This document shows positions 36,024-44,494 of a stretch of DNA of 64,000 bases, one piece after another. The notes under the pieces were generated by a model, which had not been told where the DNA came from, did not search any database, and was given only the letters and a program-made list of their open reading frames with translations. The position numbers were made by a program, and so were the translations under genes. The number at the start of each line of letters is the position of its first letter. The stretch's first letter is position 1. Where the stretch lies: positions 69,972-133,971 of the forward strand of contig CAWDHZ010000012.1 in NCBI GenBank assembly GCA_963802225.1. Reading direction: 5' to 3'. The stretch is from an uncultured delta proteobacterium. Its GTDB lineage: Bacteria; Desulfobacterota; Syntrophia; Syntrophales; UBA2192.

Positions 36024-37283
36024 CTATAATTCCTCAGGAGAGCCGATTCTCCCCAACACCGCCGATGCCGCCGCCACAAAGGGATTGCAGAGAAAGACCT
36101 CGCTCTTCGGGTGGCCCATGCGGCCGACGAAATTGCGGTTCGTCGTCGCCAGCGCCCGCTCGCCCGAGGCAAGGATCCCCATGTGCCCTCCCAGGCAGGG
36201 CCCGCAGCAGGGCGGCCCGATGACGGCGCCGGCCTCGAGGAACGTATCGATGATCCCCTCCTTCATGGCCGCTTGAAGGATGGTCGGAGTAGCCGGGATG
36301 ACGATCAGGCGAAGGCCCGGCGCCTTCTTTCGGCCTTTCAGCAGACTCGCTGCATCCCGCAAATCCTCCAGCCACCCGTTGGTGCAGGAACCGATGAAGA
36401 CCTGATCCAGCGTGACGTTTTTCGCCTCTGAGACCGGCTTCACGTTTGCCGGCGAGGGGGGGAAGGCGATCTGCGGCTCGAGGGAGCTCACGTCGATCGA
36501 AATGGTTTTTTCGTATTTCGCGCCGGCGTCACTCTTGAGGAAAACGGGTTCCCACCGGGCACGGCCCTTCACGTAGGCGCGGGTGGTCTCATCGGGCTCC
36601 ATGATCCCGTTTTTCGCCCCCGCCTCGACGGCCATGTTCGCCATGGCGAACCGGTGCGGCATGGAAAGCGCGCGGAGGGTATCGCCGCAGAACTCGAGAG
36701 CGCTGTACAACGCCCCCTCGACGCCGATCTCGCCGATGAGGCGAAGGATCAGGTCCTTTCCGCCCACGTGCGGCCGCAGGGTTCCCGAATATTGGACCCG
36801 GATTGTCGGCGGGACGCGAAGCCAGATCTCGCCCGTGGCCATCACGGCAGCCATGTCGGTGCTCCCCACACCGGTGGAAAAGGCCCCCAGGGCCCCGTAG
36901 GCGCAGGTGTGACTGTCGGCCCCGATGATCACCTGGCCCGGGACGACCAGGCCCTGCTCCGGCAGAAGCACGTGGCCGATGCCGGCCTCACCGACCTCGT
37001 AATAAAGCTCGAGCTGCTGCTCGCGGGCAAACTCACGCATGAGCTTGGCCTGCTCGGCCGAGGCGATGTCCTTGTTCGGCACGAAATGGTCGGCCACAAG
37101 GGCAACCTTCTTTCGATCGAAGACCCTCGGGGCGCCGATCTCCTTGAAAACCTGGATGGCGATGGGGGCCGTGAAATCATGGGCGAAGGCCAGATCCACC
37201 TTTACCTCGATGAGGTCCCCCGGTGCAACGCTCTCGAGCCCCGCGTGCGTGGCAAGTATTTTCTCCGTGATTGTCATTGGCAT
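36024..37283 (-). CDS. leuC: 3-isopropylmalate / citraconate hydratase large subunit (type II LeuC)
   Basis: 419 aa. MTITEKILATHAG, IGADSHTCAYGALGAF and GSCTNG are aconitase-family motifs. Confidence 0.9.
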   Translation of the reverse strand: MPMTITEKILATHAGLESVAPGDLIEVKVDLAFAHDFTAPIAIQVFKEIGAPRVFDRKKVALVADHFVPNKDIASAEQAKLMREFAREQQLELYYEVGEAGIGHVLLPEQGLVVPGQVIIGADSHTCAYGALGAFSTGVGSTDMAAVMATGEIWLRVPPTIRVQYSGTLRPHVGGKDLILRLIGEIGVEGALYSALEFCGDTLRALSMPHRFAMANMAVEAGAKNGIMEPDETTRAYVKGRARWEPVFLKSDAGAKYEKTISIDVSSLEPQIAFPPSPANVKPVSEAKNVTLDQVFIGSCTNGWLEDLRDAASLLKGRKKAPGLRLIVIPATPTILQAAMKEGIIDTFLEAGAVIGPPCCGPCLGGHMGILASGERALATTNRNFVGRMGHPKSEVFLCNPFVAAASAVLGRIGSPEEL

Positions 37284-37456
37284 CGTTATGCAACTCCAGC
37301 AAAGTGTTCGATAAGAGGTTCTTAACCGAAAGGCTTGTCAAAAATGGCCAAATGCAAGGCAGCCGACATCCCGAGGAGCGAGGCGTACTTAGTGTGTACG
37401 TTGAGCGACGAGGGACGAGGCGAACGCCGCAGAGGGCCGTTTTTCACAAGCCTCCT

Positions 37457-39067
37457 TTAGGCTACGGCCTTGCGGGCTTCCTTGCCGTTCCTGTTGAGCC
37501 GATCCTTGCTCAGCTTGTACTGGATGCTGTCCACCAGGGCAAGCCAGCTTGCCTCGATGACGCTCTCGGAGACCCCGATCGTGCTCCAGATGTCCTTGTC
37601 GTCGCGCGACTCGATGAACACGCGCACTTTTGCCGCCGTGCCCTCGCTGCCCTCGAGGATGTTCACCTTGAAGTCGGTGAGGTGCATCCGGGCAAGCTCG
37701 GGGTAGAATTTCACGAGGGCCTTGCGCAGGGCGTTGTCCAGCGCGTTGATCGGGCCGTTGCCCTCGGCGGCGGTGATCTCCGTGTCCCTGCCCACGATAA
37801 CCTTGATGAGGGCCTGGGCGCGGGAGGGCTCGTTGCCCTGCTTTTCGTTTATAACACGGAAGCATTCGAGATAGAAGGGCTCTTCGAACTCGCCCGTGGC
37901 CTTGCGGATGATGAGGGCAAGGGAGCCGTCGGCGGCTTCGAAGGTGTAGCCTTCGTTTTCCATGTGCTTGATCTCCTCGACGATCCTGCGGCTCCGTGAG
38001 TCGTCATCGCCCAGCGAGAGCCCCAGTTCGGCGGCCTTGTACTCGATGTTGCTCTTGCCGGAGAGATCCGAGACCAGGACCCGGCGGTGATTGCCGGTGA
38101 GCTCGGGCCGGATGTGCTCGTAGGCCTCGGTGTTCTTGAGCACGGCGTGGACGTGGACGCCCCCCTTGTGGGCGAAGGCGCTGCGGCCGACGAAGGGCCT
38201 CGAGTTCACGGGGGTGATGTTGGCGATCTCGCTCACGAAGAGCGACAGTCGCGTGAGCTCTTTGAGCGCGCCCTCGGGCAGGCAGGGCATCTTCATCTTG
38301 ATCTCCAGGTTGGCCATGATGGGGACGAGATCCGCGTTGCCGCATCGCTCGCCATAGCCGTTGATCGTCCCCTGCACCATCCGGACGCCTTTTTCGACGG
38401 CGGCCAGCGTGTTGGCCACGGCAAGCCCCCCGTCGTTGTGGGCGTGGATGCCGAGCCGTTCCCTCGGAATCAGGGCGGCCACCTCGTCCACCACCCGTGC
38501 GATCTCCGAGGGAAGCGTCCCCCCGTTGGTGTCGCAGAGCACGATCATTTCGGCGCCGTTTGTGAAGGCCGCCTCGATCGTCTGAAGGGCGTAGCGGGGG
38601 GTTGCCCGGTAGCCGTCGAAGAAGTGTTCGGCGTCGTAGATGACCTCCTTTTTCTTCGACTTCAAATAAGCAACCGTCTCGCCGATCATGGCGAGGTTCT
38701 CCTTCAGGGAGACCTTCAGAATCTCCTTGACGTGGAAATCCCAGCTCTTGCCGAAGATGGTCACCGTCGGCGTCTGCGCCTCGAGCAGGGCCTGCACGTT
38801 CGGGCACTCGCTGGGCGGGGTGTGAGCCCTTCGCGTGCTCCCGAAGGCGGCAAGGCGCGCGTTTTTGAACTTCACCTTCCGGGCCAGCTCGAAGAAGCGC
38901 ATGTCCTTCGGGTTCGAGCCGGGCCATCCCCCCTCGATGTAGGCGATCCCGAACTCGTCGAGGCGCCTGGCCACGCGGATTTTCTCCTCGGCCGAAAAAC
39001 TCACCTGCTCGCCCTGGGCGCCGTCCCGCAGGGTCGTGTCGTAGATCACAACCGCTCTCTTGTCCAT
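37457..39067 (-). CDS. cimA: (R)-citramalate synthase (LeuA/CimA family)
   Basis: ORF track start 39076 is a TTG. ATG 39067 (MDKRAVVIYDTTLRDGAQGEQVSFS) is preceded by GAGGGGGA. IEGGWPGSNPKD and the roughly 535-aa length with a C-terminal regulatory domain fit CimA-type rather than classical LeuA. Confidence 0.75.
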   Translation of the reverse strand: MDKRAVVIYDTTLRDGAQGEQVSFSAEEKIRVARRLDEFGIAYIEGGWPGSNPKDMRFFELARKVKFKNARLAAFGSTRRAHTPPSECPNVQALLEAQTPTVTIFGKSWDFHVKEILKVSLKENLAMIGETVAYLKSKKKEVIYDAEHFFDGYRATPRYALQTIEAAFTNGAEMIVLCDTNGGTLPSEIARVVDEVAALIPRERLGIHAHNDGGLAVANTLAAVEKGVRMVQGTINGYGERCGNADLVPIMANLEIKMKMPCLPEGALKELTRLSLFVSEIANITPVNSRPFVGRSAFAHKGGVHVHAVLKNTEAYEHIRPELTGNHRRVLVSDLSGKSNIEYKAAELGLSLGDDDSRSRRIVEEIKHMENEGYTFEAADGSLALIIRKATGEFEEPFYLECFRVINEKQGNEPSRAQALIKVIVGRDTEITAAEGNGPINALDNALRKALVKFYPELARMHLTDFKVNILEGSEGTAAKVRVFIESRDDKDIWSTIGVSESVIEASWLALVDSIQYKLSKDRLNRNGKEARKAVA

Positions 39068-39084
39068 CTTTCTCAATCCCCCTC

Positions 39085-39124
39085 GAAATAAAAAATCCGT
39101 TACCAGGGAGCCTGATAACGGATT
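39085..39124 (-). terminator. Attenuator terminator between the leader peptide and cimA
   Basis: The minus strand reads AATCCGTTA-t-CAGG-CTC-CCTG-g-TAACGGATT, followed by TTTTTTATTT. It ends 18 nt before the cimA ATG. Confidence 0.6.
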
Positions 39125-39160
39125 TGGTTGATTCCTTCCGGTTATGCCATCAAGCCATCA

Positions 39161-39238
39161 TCAGCCCCCTACGCCGCCCGGACGTATGCCGATTATGTCG
39201 ATAATAATAGCGATGATGGTGCCGATGATGCTCTTCAT
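39161..39238 (-). CDS. Isoleucine-rich leader peptide (25 aa)
   Basis: ATG AAG AGC ATC ATC GGC ACC ATC ATC GCT ATT ATT ATC GAC ATA ATC GGC ATA CGT CCG GGC GGC GTA GGG GGC TGA = MKSIIGTIIAIIIDIIGIRPGGVGG. 10 of 25 codons are Ile. It lies between a sigma70-like promoter and a terminator, upstream of cimA. Confidence 0.65.
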   Translation of the reverse strand: MKSIIGTIIAIIIDIIGIRPGGVGG

Positions 39239-39269
39239 TTCGAAAATTGAACCTCTTGAAAGTTGGCAG

Positions 39270-39298
39270 AGCATAAAGTGTGCCGACCCTTTTGTCAA
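39270..39298 (-). promoter_or_regulatory. Sigma70-like promoter for the leader-cimA-leuCD transcript
   Basis: The minus strand reads TTGACA (39298-39293), a 17-nt spacer, then TATGCT (39275-39270). It begins 8 nt after the stop of the peptidase gene. Confidence 0.5.
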
Positions 39299-39305
39299 TG
39301 AAATT

Positions 39306-41188
39306 TTATCGTGCCGGCTTTCCATCGCGTCGCGAGCCGCGCCCGGCCCCGCAGAAGAGAAAGACGGCGGCGCCGAGCCACCCGAGAAGTCCCACCGCCT
39401 CGCGCCCTGCGCCCAGCAGGGTCTCGCTTGCGGCCACGACGGGCGCAAGCACGGCCCTCACGCCGGTTCTCAGGCCCTCGTCGGCGGCGATGACATCTGC
39501 CATAGGGGGAGACAGGGTGTAGTAAAGCTCCACGAAGGCCCTGCCCGAGTGGGAGGGCAGGAGGTAGACGTCGCGGAACTCCCTCAGCGTGACCACCCGC
39601 GGCTCCAGTGCCGAGCCGAAGGCCGCCGTGGCGATGAAGCATCCGCCGCCCCCTCCGCCGCTGCTGCTGCCGCTGGCGGGCGGCGGAGCCGCGGTGGTGA
39701 AACTCCATGAACTCGACGACGCAAGAGCAACGCCTTCGCTGTCCTGCACGCCGGTGGTAAGCGTCGCCGTAAAGCTTGTGCTGTAGACCAGGTTCGCCGA
39801 AGGGGTGAAGGTTGCCGTCTGCGTCCCCGCATCGTATGACACGGAACCCGAAACAGGCGAACCTCCCTGAGTAAGCGTGAAGGACGAGGTGGTGATCGAC
39901 GAGGCGCTCATGGTCTCGCTGAACGTGACGGACACCGTTGTGCTAGGGCTCACCACCGTTGCCCCGCTTGAGGGGCTTTGACCGGAGATGGTCGGCGGCA
40001 CTCCCGCCTGGGTAACGTTGAACGTTTTCCCGGCAACGGTCAGCGCACCCGTACGGGATTTAGCGCCCGTGTTCTGCGTCACGGAATAATTCACCGTCCC
40101 GTTCCCCGTACCGCTCGCCCCCGAGGTGACCGTAATCCACCCGGCAGTGCTGACAGCCGTCCAGGCACAGCCGCTCTGCGTTGTGACGGTAACACTGCCG
40201 GAACCCGCCGGCTGGCTCAGGGACTGACTGCTCGGGGAAAGAGAATAACTGCAGGAAGACCCCGTGTATCGAAGGGTGTAATCCCCGAAATTCACGACCG
40301 TGCCGAGATCGGAGTAGGCGATCTTGAAATAGCCCGATTCTCCCCAGCCCGCTCCCCAGCTGTTCTTCACGATGAAGTACTGGCCGGCGTCGCTGTACCC
40401 GACGATGAGGACGGCATGGCCGCCTTCGAGAGACCCCGTCGTGTACGTGTAGACCCCGCCCGAGTATGAATAAAAATCGGTGTAGACATCCATGGTCGTG
40501 ACGAGCGGCCCGTAGCTCACGAGCGCGTCCCTAATGGCGCTCACCGTGGGGGACGTGGTAGTCACGTAGCCCCAGCTCACGATCTGATACGTGGAGGTCT
40601 GGTAGGCGGAGCAGGCGCTGCCGCAGCTGCCATCTCCCCCGGTGTAGGGATAGCAGGTCTCCAGGGGCAGTCCGGTATCCCGGATGTAATTGGAGGCGTA
40701 GGAGATGTACCCCCCGCTGCAGCTGCCCGCGTCGTTTCCGCCCGAGGAGCCGCAGGAGATGAGGACTTGCTCGGAGAGGTTGAGATCGATGCCCGGCGTG
40801 TTTTCGGCGCGCAGAACCGACGATTCCAGGGCCGCTGTCGTGGCGAAGGCCCAGCAACTGCCGCAGCCCCCTTGATTTCTCACGGGTGTAACGAAGTTCA
40901 CCGCTGTTGTTTCGCCAGTCGAGACTCGGCGGCGCGCCCACGATGGGGGGCTCCGCCATGACCATCATCTCCGCTCCGACAGGCATGTCCGGTTTGATCA
41001 GCCCAAGACGGGCCCTTCGCTCCGCCGGGCTGAGTTGTGTCATGGACGTTTTCGCCGGCCTGCCAGTTGGCCTGCTTTGCGGCGATCGCGGCTCTGACCT
41101 GTAAGACCTCATCGGCGAGGGACAACGAAGCGGCGAAGACAATAGAGGCCGCAAGGAGGAAGGCAACACCGATCCGGGTTTTTCTCAT
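39306..41188 (-). pseudogene. Papain-family (C1) cysteine peptidase + BACON/Ig-like domains + CFI-type C-terminal module; N-terminus split over three frames
   Basis: Frame A (41188 down): MRKTRIGVAFLLAASIVFAASLSLADEVLQVRAAIAAKQANWQAGENV (signal + propeptide). Frame B: MTQLSPAERRARLGLI...[12 protein letters not shown]. Frame C (ORF 39306..40901): [26 protein letters not shown]... through the C-terminal [34 protein letters not shown] and a TM helix. Frame switches lie near 41045 and 40900. Confidence 0.7.
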
Positions 41189-41279
41189 GGGGCACGTCCT
41201 GTGAGCGAATTTCTGCGACGATGCGGCCGCGGCGAGTCCATTCACCGCTCACTCCGGGGTAACCTGTCCCGGATCCCCA

Positions 41280-41777
41280 TCAGCGGGGCGCTGCATCGCC
41301 GGGTGCCAGCGAGGGGAAATCGAACAGGATCGGTGTGCAGGTCCCCCGCGTGATCACTTTGAGCGTGCAACCTAACCGCTTTCCCGGCCGGATGTCAAAT
41401 TTTTCGATGAAGGCCCTATCGGGGGGCATCTCCCGGTCCGGAAGGAGGGAGAATGTCCTCTGCAGCGCCGCCTTTCCCAGGGGCTCCTCGACGGGCCCTT
41501 CGGGGATGAAGCGGAATTTCACGTCGAACCGCCCGCCGGCCGCCGCGGCAGGAGCGTCCACGGGGGCTACCGAGACAATCTCGGCCTGCCCCGGGTAGGA
41601 TTTGTACTCGCAGGGCCCTCCCACCAGGGGTCCCCGTGTCGTTTCCGAACCTGTCATGGAGCAACCGATCCCGGGCAATAATGCCACAGTATAGATAATC
41701 GTAAAAAATCCCAATTTCTTGAGTGAAAACCACCACCGTGTCGACGTCGGTCTTTCGTCATGCCTCTGGCCCATCAC
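41280..41777 (-). CDS. Hypothetical lipoprotein
   Basis: 165-aa ORF. LLPGIGCS is lipobox-like and follows a hydrophobic segment. No recognisable domain, and the start codon is uncertain. Confidence 0.45.
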   Translation of the reverse strand: MMGQRHDERPTSTRWWFSLKKLGFFTIIYTVALLPGIGCSMTGSETTRGPLVGGPCEYKSYPGQAEIVSVAPVDAPAAAAGGRFDVKFRFIPEGPVEEPLGKAALQRTFSLLPDREMPPDRAFIEKFDIRPGKRLGCTLKVITRGTCTPILFDFPSLAPGDAAPR

Positions 41778-41842
41778 GCCCTCCCTGTTTAACCTGTTTT
41801 TCGGTTTCCCGCCTCTTAAACTTTACAACAATACAGATGCAG

Positions 41843-41938
41843 GAACTGGGGAATTGGGAATCCCGAATCCCTTTTCCTCTTCACTCAGACACTTAGACAC
41901 TCAGACACTCAGACACTCCGTCACTTCCTTTTTCACTG
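41843..41938. repeat. GGGAATN heptamers followed by a CAGACAC-type 8-nt array, downstream of the TolC gene
   Basis: GGAACTG GGGAATT GGGAATC CCGAATC C..., then CTCAGACA CTTAGACA CTCAGACA CTCAGACA (41884-41915). The array overlaps the TolC stop codon. Confidence 0.8.
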
Positions 41939-43297
41939 CTGCGAAGCAGCGTCTTGGGGTTTCCAGATCACCCCCATGGCCCGCTCGAGGGCCGCCAGGG
42001 CAATGTGGTAATCGCTCAATGCGTTGGACCAGGAGGCCCTAGCGAAGGTCAGGAGTGTCAGGGCATCGAGGACGTCCGTCATCCTGGATACCTGCTCCCG
42101 GTAACGCTCCTGGTTGATCCGGTAGTTCTCATCGGCCTGTTCGATCGATGTCCGCGTCACGGCGATGAGCTTCTCGGCCTCCTTCACCGCTAGCCAGGCA
42201 TTCTTCACTTCCAGGGCAACCTGGTCTTTCACGTTGGTGAGCGCATTGACGGCCTGCTTTTCCCGGCTGACGCTCGCATCGCGGGAGTACTTCGTTCGGC
42301 CCCATTCCCAGAGATCCCACGTCGCCACGGCCGCCACGGCCCAGTTTTCCGGATTCCTGTAGGCTGAGCCGTTGAGATCGGCACTGTCCCCGTAGCGCTG
42401 GTAGCTTCCGACAAGATTGACCGACGGGTAGAATTCGCTCTCCACGACCTTGACCTTTTTCCCCGCCTGTTCTGCCCTCAGGGAAAAGACCTGGATCTCC
42501 GGCCGGTTGTCCATGGCGGCCTGCAGGCACTCGTCGAAGTCCTTCCCGTAGGGTTTGTAGTCGAGGATATCGACGACAGCGACCGGGGTGCTGATGGGAC
42601 GTCGAAGAATCGTGTTGAACCGCGCATGGCTCTCCTCCAGGCGGTTTTCGGTCCGGACAAGAGACTGGGTGCCGTCGGCGAGCCTCACCTCGGCCTGCAG
42701 GTAATCGTTGCGGGGAACGAGGCCGACCTCGTAAAAGTTTTTCGCGAGATCCTTCTGGGCGATGAACTGTTCAACGGACTGTTTCGCCACGCCGACAAGA
42801 CGCTTCGCCTTGAGGATGGTGTAGTAGGACCGTTGCACTTCCAGGACAATGTCCTGAACGGTGCCCATCTCTTCGTGCTTCGAGGCGTCGAGCCCCAGAC
42901 GGCTGATGTCATAGTTTGCCTCGAGCCGGCCTCCTGTGAAGAGGGGCTGCCTGGCATCGAGGGACCAGGTGTAGTTGTCCTGAGTTCCGACCGTCAGGGT
43001 ATTGATGGGGGAGGGTGGCGGCTGCTTGATATACTGCGCCGGGTCGTTATGGGTGTAATTGTAGGTTGTGCTCAATTTCGGGAGAAACCCCGTGAAGGCT
43101 TCCTTCTTCCGCGCCTCCGACGCGGCGACCCCCTCCCTGGCCGACTGGATGATGACACTCTGCTTCAGGGCGATATCAATGCTCTGCTCGAGCGTCAGCG
43201 GCACCGTGCTTTCCTGGGCAAGTGCGATACCGACAGAGATCAATATTAAAAAAACACCGGTTGACATTCCCACCCGGACCAATCGCTTCATAACCAT
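41933..43297 (-). CDS. TolC-family outer-membrane efflux protein
   Basis: ORF track 41933..43990. The upstream 231 codons are an out-of-frame shadow of the permease gene. ATG 43297 gives MVMKRLVRVGMSTGVFLILISVGIALAQESTVPLTLEQSIDIALKQS, followed by two TolC-like repeats. Confidence 0.85.
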   Translation of the reverse strand: MVMKRLVRVGMSTGVFLILISVGIALAQESTVPLTLEQSIDIALKQSVIIQSAREGVAASEARKKEAFTGFLPKLSTTYNYTHNDPAQYIKQPPPSPINTLTVGTQDNYTWSLDARQPLFTGGRLEANYDISRLGLDASKHEEMGTVQDIVLEVQRSYYTILKAKRLVGVAKQSVEQFIAQKDLAKNFYEVGLVPRNDYLQAEVRLADGTQSLVRTENRLEESHARFNTILRRPISTPVAVVDILDYKPYGKDFDECLQAAMDNRPEIQVFSLRAEQAGKKVKVVESEFYPSVNLVGSYQRYGDSADLNGSAYRNPENWAVAAVATWDLWEWGRTKYSRDASVSREKQAVNALTNVKDQVALEVKNAWLAVKEAEKLIAVTRTSIEQADENYRINQERYREQVSRMTDVLDALTLLTFARASWSNALSDYHIALAALERAMGVIWKPQDAASQQ

Positions 43298-43325
43298 CAC
43301 CTCACTAAAACGTCTTTTCCCGAAT

Positions 43326-43367
43326 CCCGATGCCTGATGCCTGATTCCCGACTCCCGCCGCCTCCGG
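43326..43367. repeat. 7-nt degenerate tandem array (permease-TolC spacer)
   Basis: CCCGATG CCTGATG CCTGATT CCCGACT CCCGCCG CCTCCGG. Confidence 0.8.
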
Positions 43368-43371
43368 CGGC

Positions 43372-44493
43372 TCAATCCAGCCGCTTCCTGAACCGCCCTA
43401 GGGCCCCCGCGAAGACCACCATACCCATGATGATGAGGGCCAGGTACTGGGGCCACAGGACCGAAATTCCCACGCCTTTGAGAAAGATCCCCCGGATGAT
43501 GACAAGCATGTAACGCAGGGGGTCCAGGTATGTGAGCCACTGCACGACGAGCGGCATGTTCTCGATGGGGAAGACGAACCCCGAGAGCATGAAAAACGGT
43601 ACGATGAAAAAGAAGGTCGTCATCATGGCCTGCTGCTGCGTGGCCGAGATGGTGGAGACGAAGAGCCCGATGCCGAGGGTGCTCAAGAGAAACAGGCACA
43701 ATCCGAGAAACATCAGGGGGGCGCTCCCCACGATGGGGATGTCGAACCAGAAAACGGCGAAGAGGGTCACGGCCACCATCTGGGCAATCGAGATCAGGAT
43801 GTAGGGAATCGTCTTGCCGAGGATGAGCTCGAAGGGCCGCATGGGCGTCACGATGAGTTGCTCCATCGTCCCCACCTCCTTTTCCTTGATGATGGCCATG
43901 GAGGTAAAGAGAAGCGAGATGATCATGATGAGGACGGCCACCATCCCCGGGACGAAGAAAGCACGGCTTTCCAGGTTCGGGTTGTACCACGTGCGGACCC
44001 GCGCGTCGATCCGGCCGTAGTCGATCCGCTGGGGGACAAGCTGCCGGATGAAGTCCTGGTTCAGTTTCTCGAGGACCTGGAGCGTGTAGGCGACCCGCAC
44101 CCCGGCCAGGTTGCTCATGCTCCCGTCGGCCAGCACCTGGACGGCCGCTGTCTCGCCCTTGCGGATGCGCTCGCTGAAGTCGGGACCGATCTTGATGGCG
44201 ATGTCCACCTTTCTGCGCAGCAGAAGCTCCTCCAGCTCCCGGGGATCGTCCACCTGGTGAGTAACACGGAAGATGGGGCTTCCCTCGAAGGCATCCCGAA
44301 CAAGCCGGCTTTCCCGCGTCCGGGACTGGTCCAGAAGACCGACCTTGACATCCCTCACGTCCGTGGAGACGACGTAGCCGAAGATGAGAAGCATGGTGAA
44401 CGGCATGATGAACAGGATCGGCCGGTTCTTCTTGTCCCGGAAGAGCTGGATGAACTCCTTTCTCACGATTTCGCGGATCCGGATCCAGTTCAT
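43372..44493 (-). CDS. ABC-2 type transporter permease (YbhR/YbhS-like)
   Basis: MNWIRIREIVRKEFIQLFRDKKNRPILF. 373 aa: a large periplasmic loop, then 5 TM helices. Confidence 0.85.
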   Translation of the reverse strand: MNWIRIREIVRKEFIQLFRDKKNRPILFIMPFTMLLIFGYVVSTDVRDVKVGLLDQSRTRESRLVRDAFEGSPIFRVTHQVDDPRELEELLLRRKVDIAIKIGPDFSERIRKGETAAVQVLADGSMSNLAGVRVAYTLQVLEKLNQDFIRQLVPQRIDYGRIDARVRTWYNPNLESRAFFVPGMVAVLIMIISLLFTSMAIIKEKEVGTMEQLIVTPMRPFELILGKTIPYILISIAQMVAVTLFAVFWFDIPIVGSAPLMFLGLCLFLLSTLGIGLFVSTISATQQQAMMTTFFFIVPFFMLSGFVFPIENMPLVVQWLTYLDPLRYMLVIIRGIFLKGVGISVLWPQYLALIIMGMVVFAGALGRFRKRLD

Positions 44494-44494
44494 T

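Noticed and set aside
37370-37428. A possible additional heptamer array in the cimA-leuC spacer (GAGCGAC GAGGGAC GAGGCGA ...).
   Set aside because: Only 3-4 weak units with unclear periodicity. It is mentioned under the family finding but not annotated as a feature.
39068-39305. A T-box or other riboswitch upstream of cimA.
   Set aside because: I found no T-box core (the AGGGTGGNACCGCG-like motif), no specifier-loop architecture and no known riboswitch motif by eye. The leader-peptide model explains the elements better. An Rfam scan would settle it.
39161-39448. The 95-aa ORF 39161..39448 (-) that contains the Ile-rich peptide at its C-terminus.
   Set aside because: Its upstream 70 codons overlap the 3' end of the peptidase gene and the promoter-like TTGACA/TATGCT. 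Only the last 25 codons, from ATG 39238, make sense as a leader peptide.
43298-43990. N-terminal 231 codons of ORF 41933..43990 (685 aa).
   Set aside because: This is an out-of-frame read-through across the ABC-2 permease gene (His/Pro/Arg-rich). The TolC-like protein starts at MVMKRL (43297) with an SD and a signal peptide.
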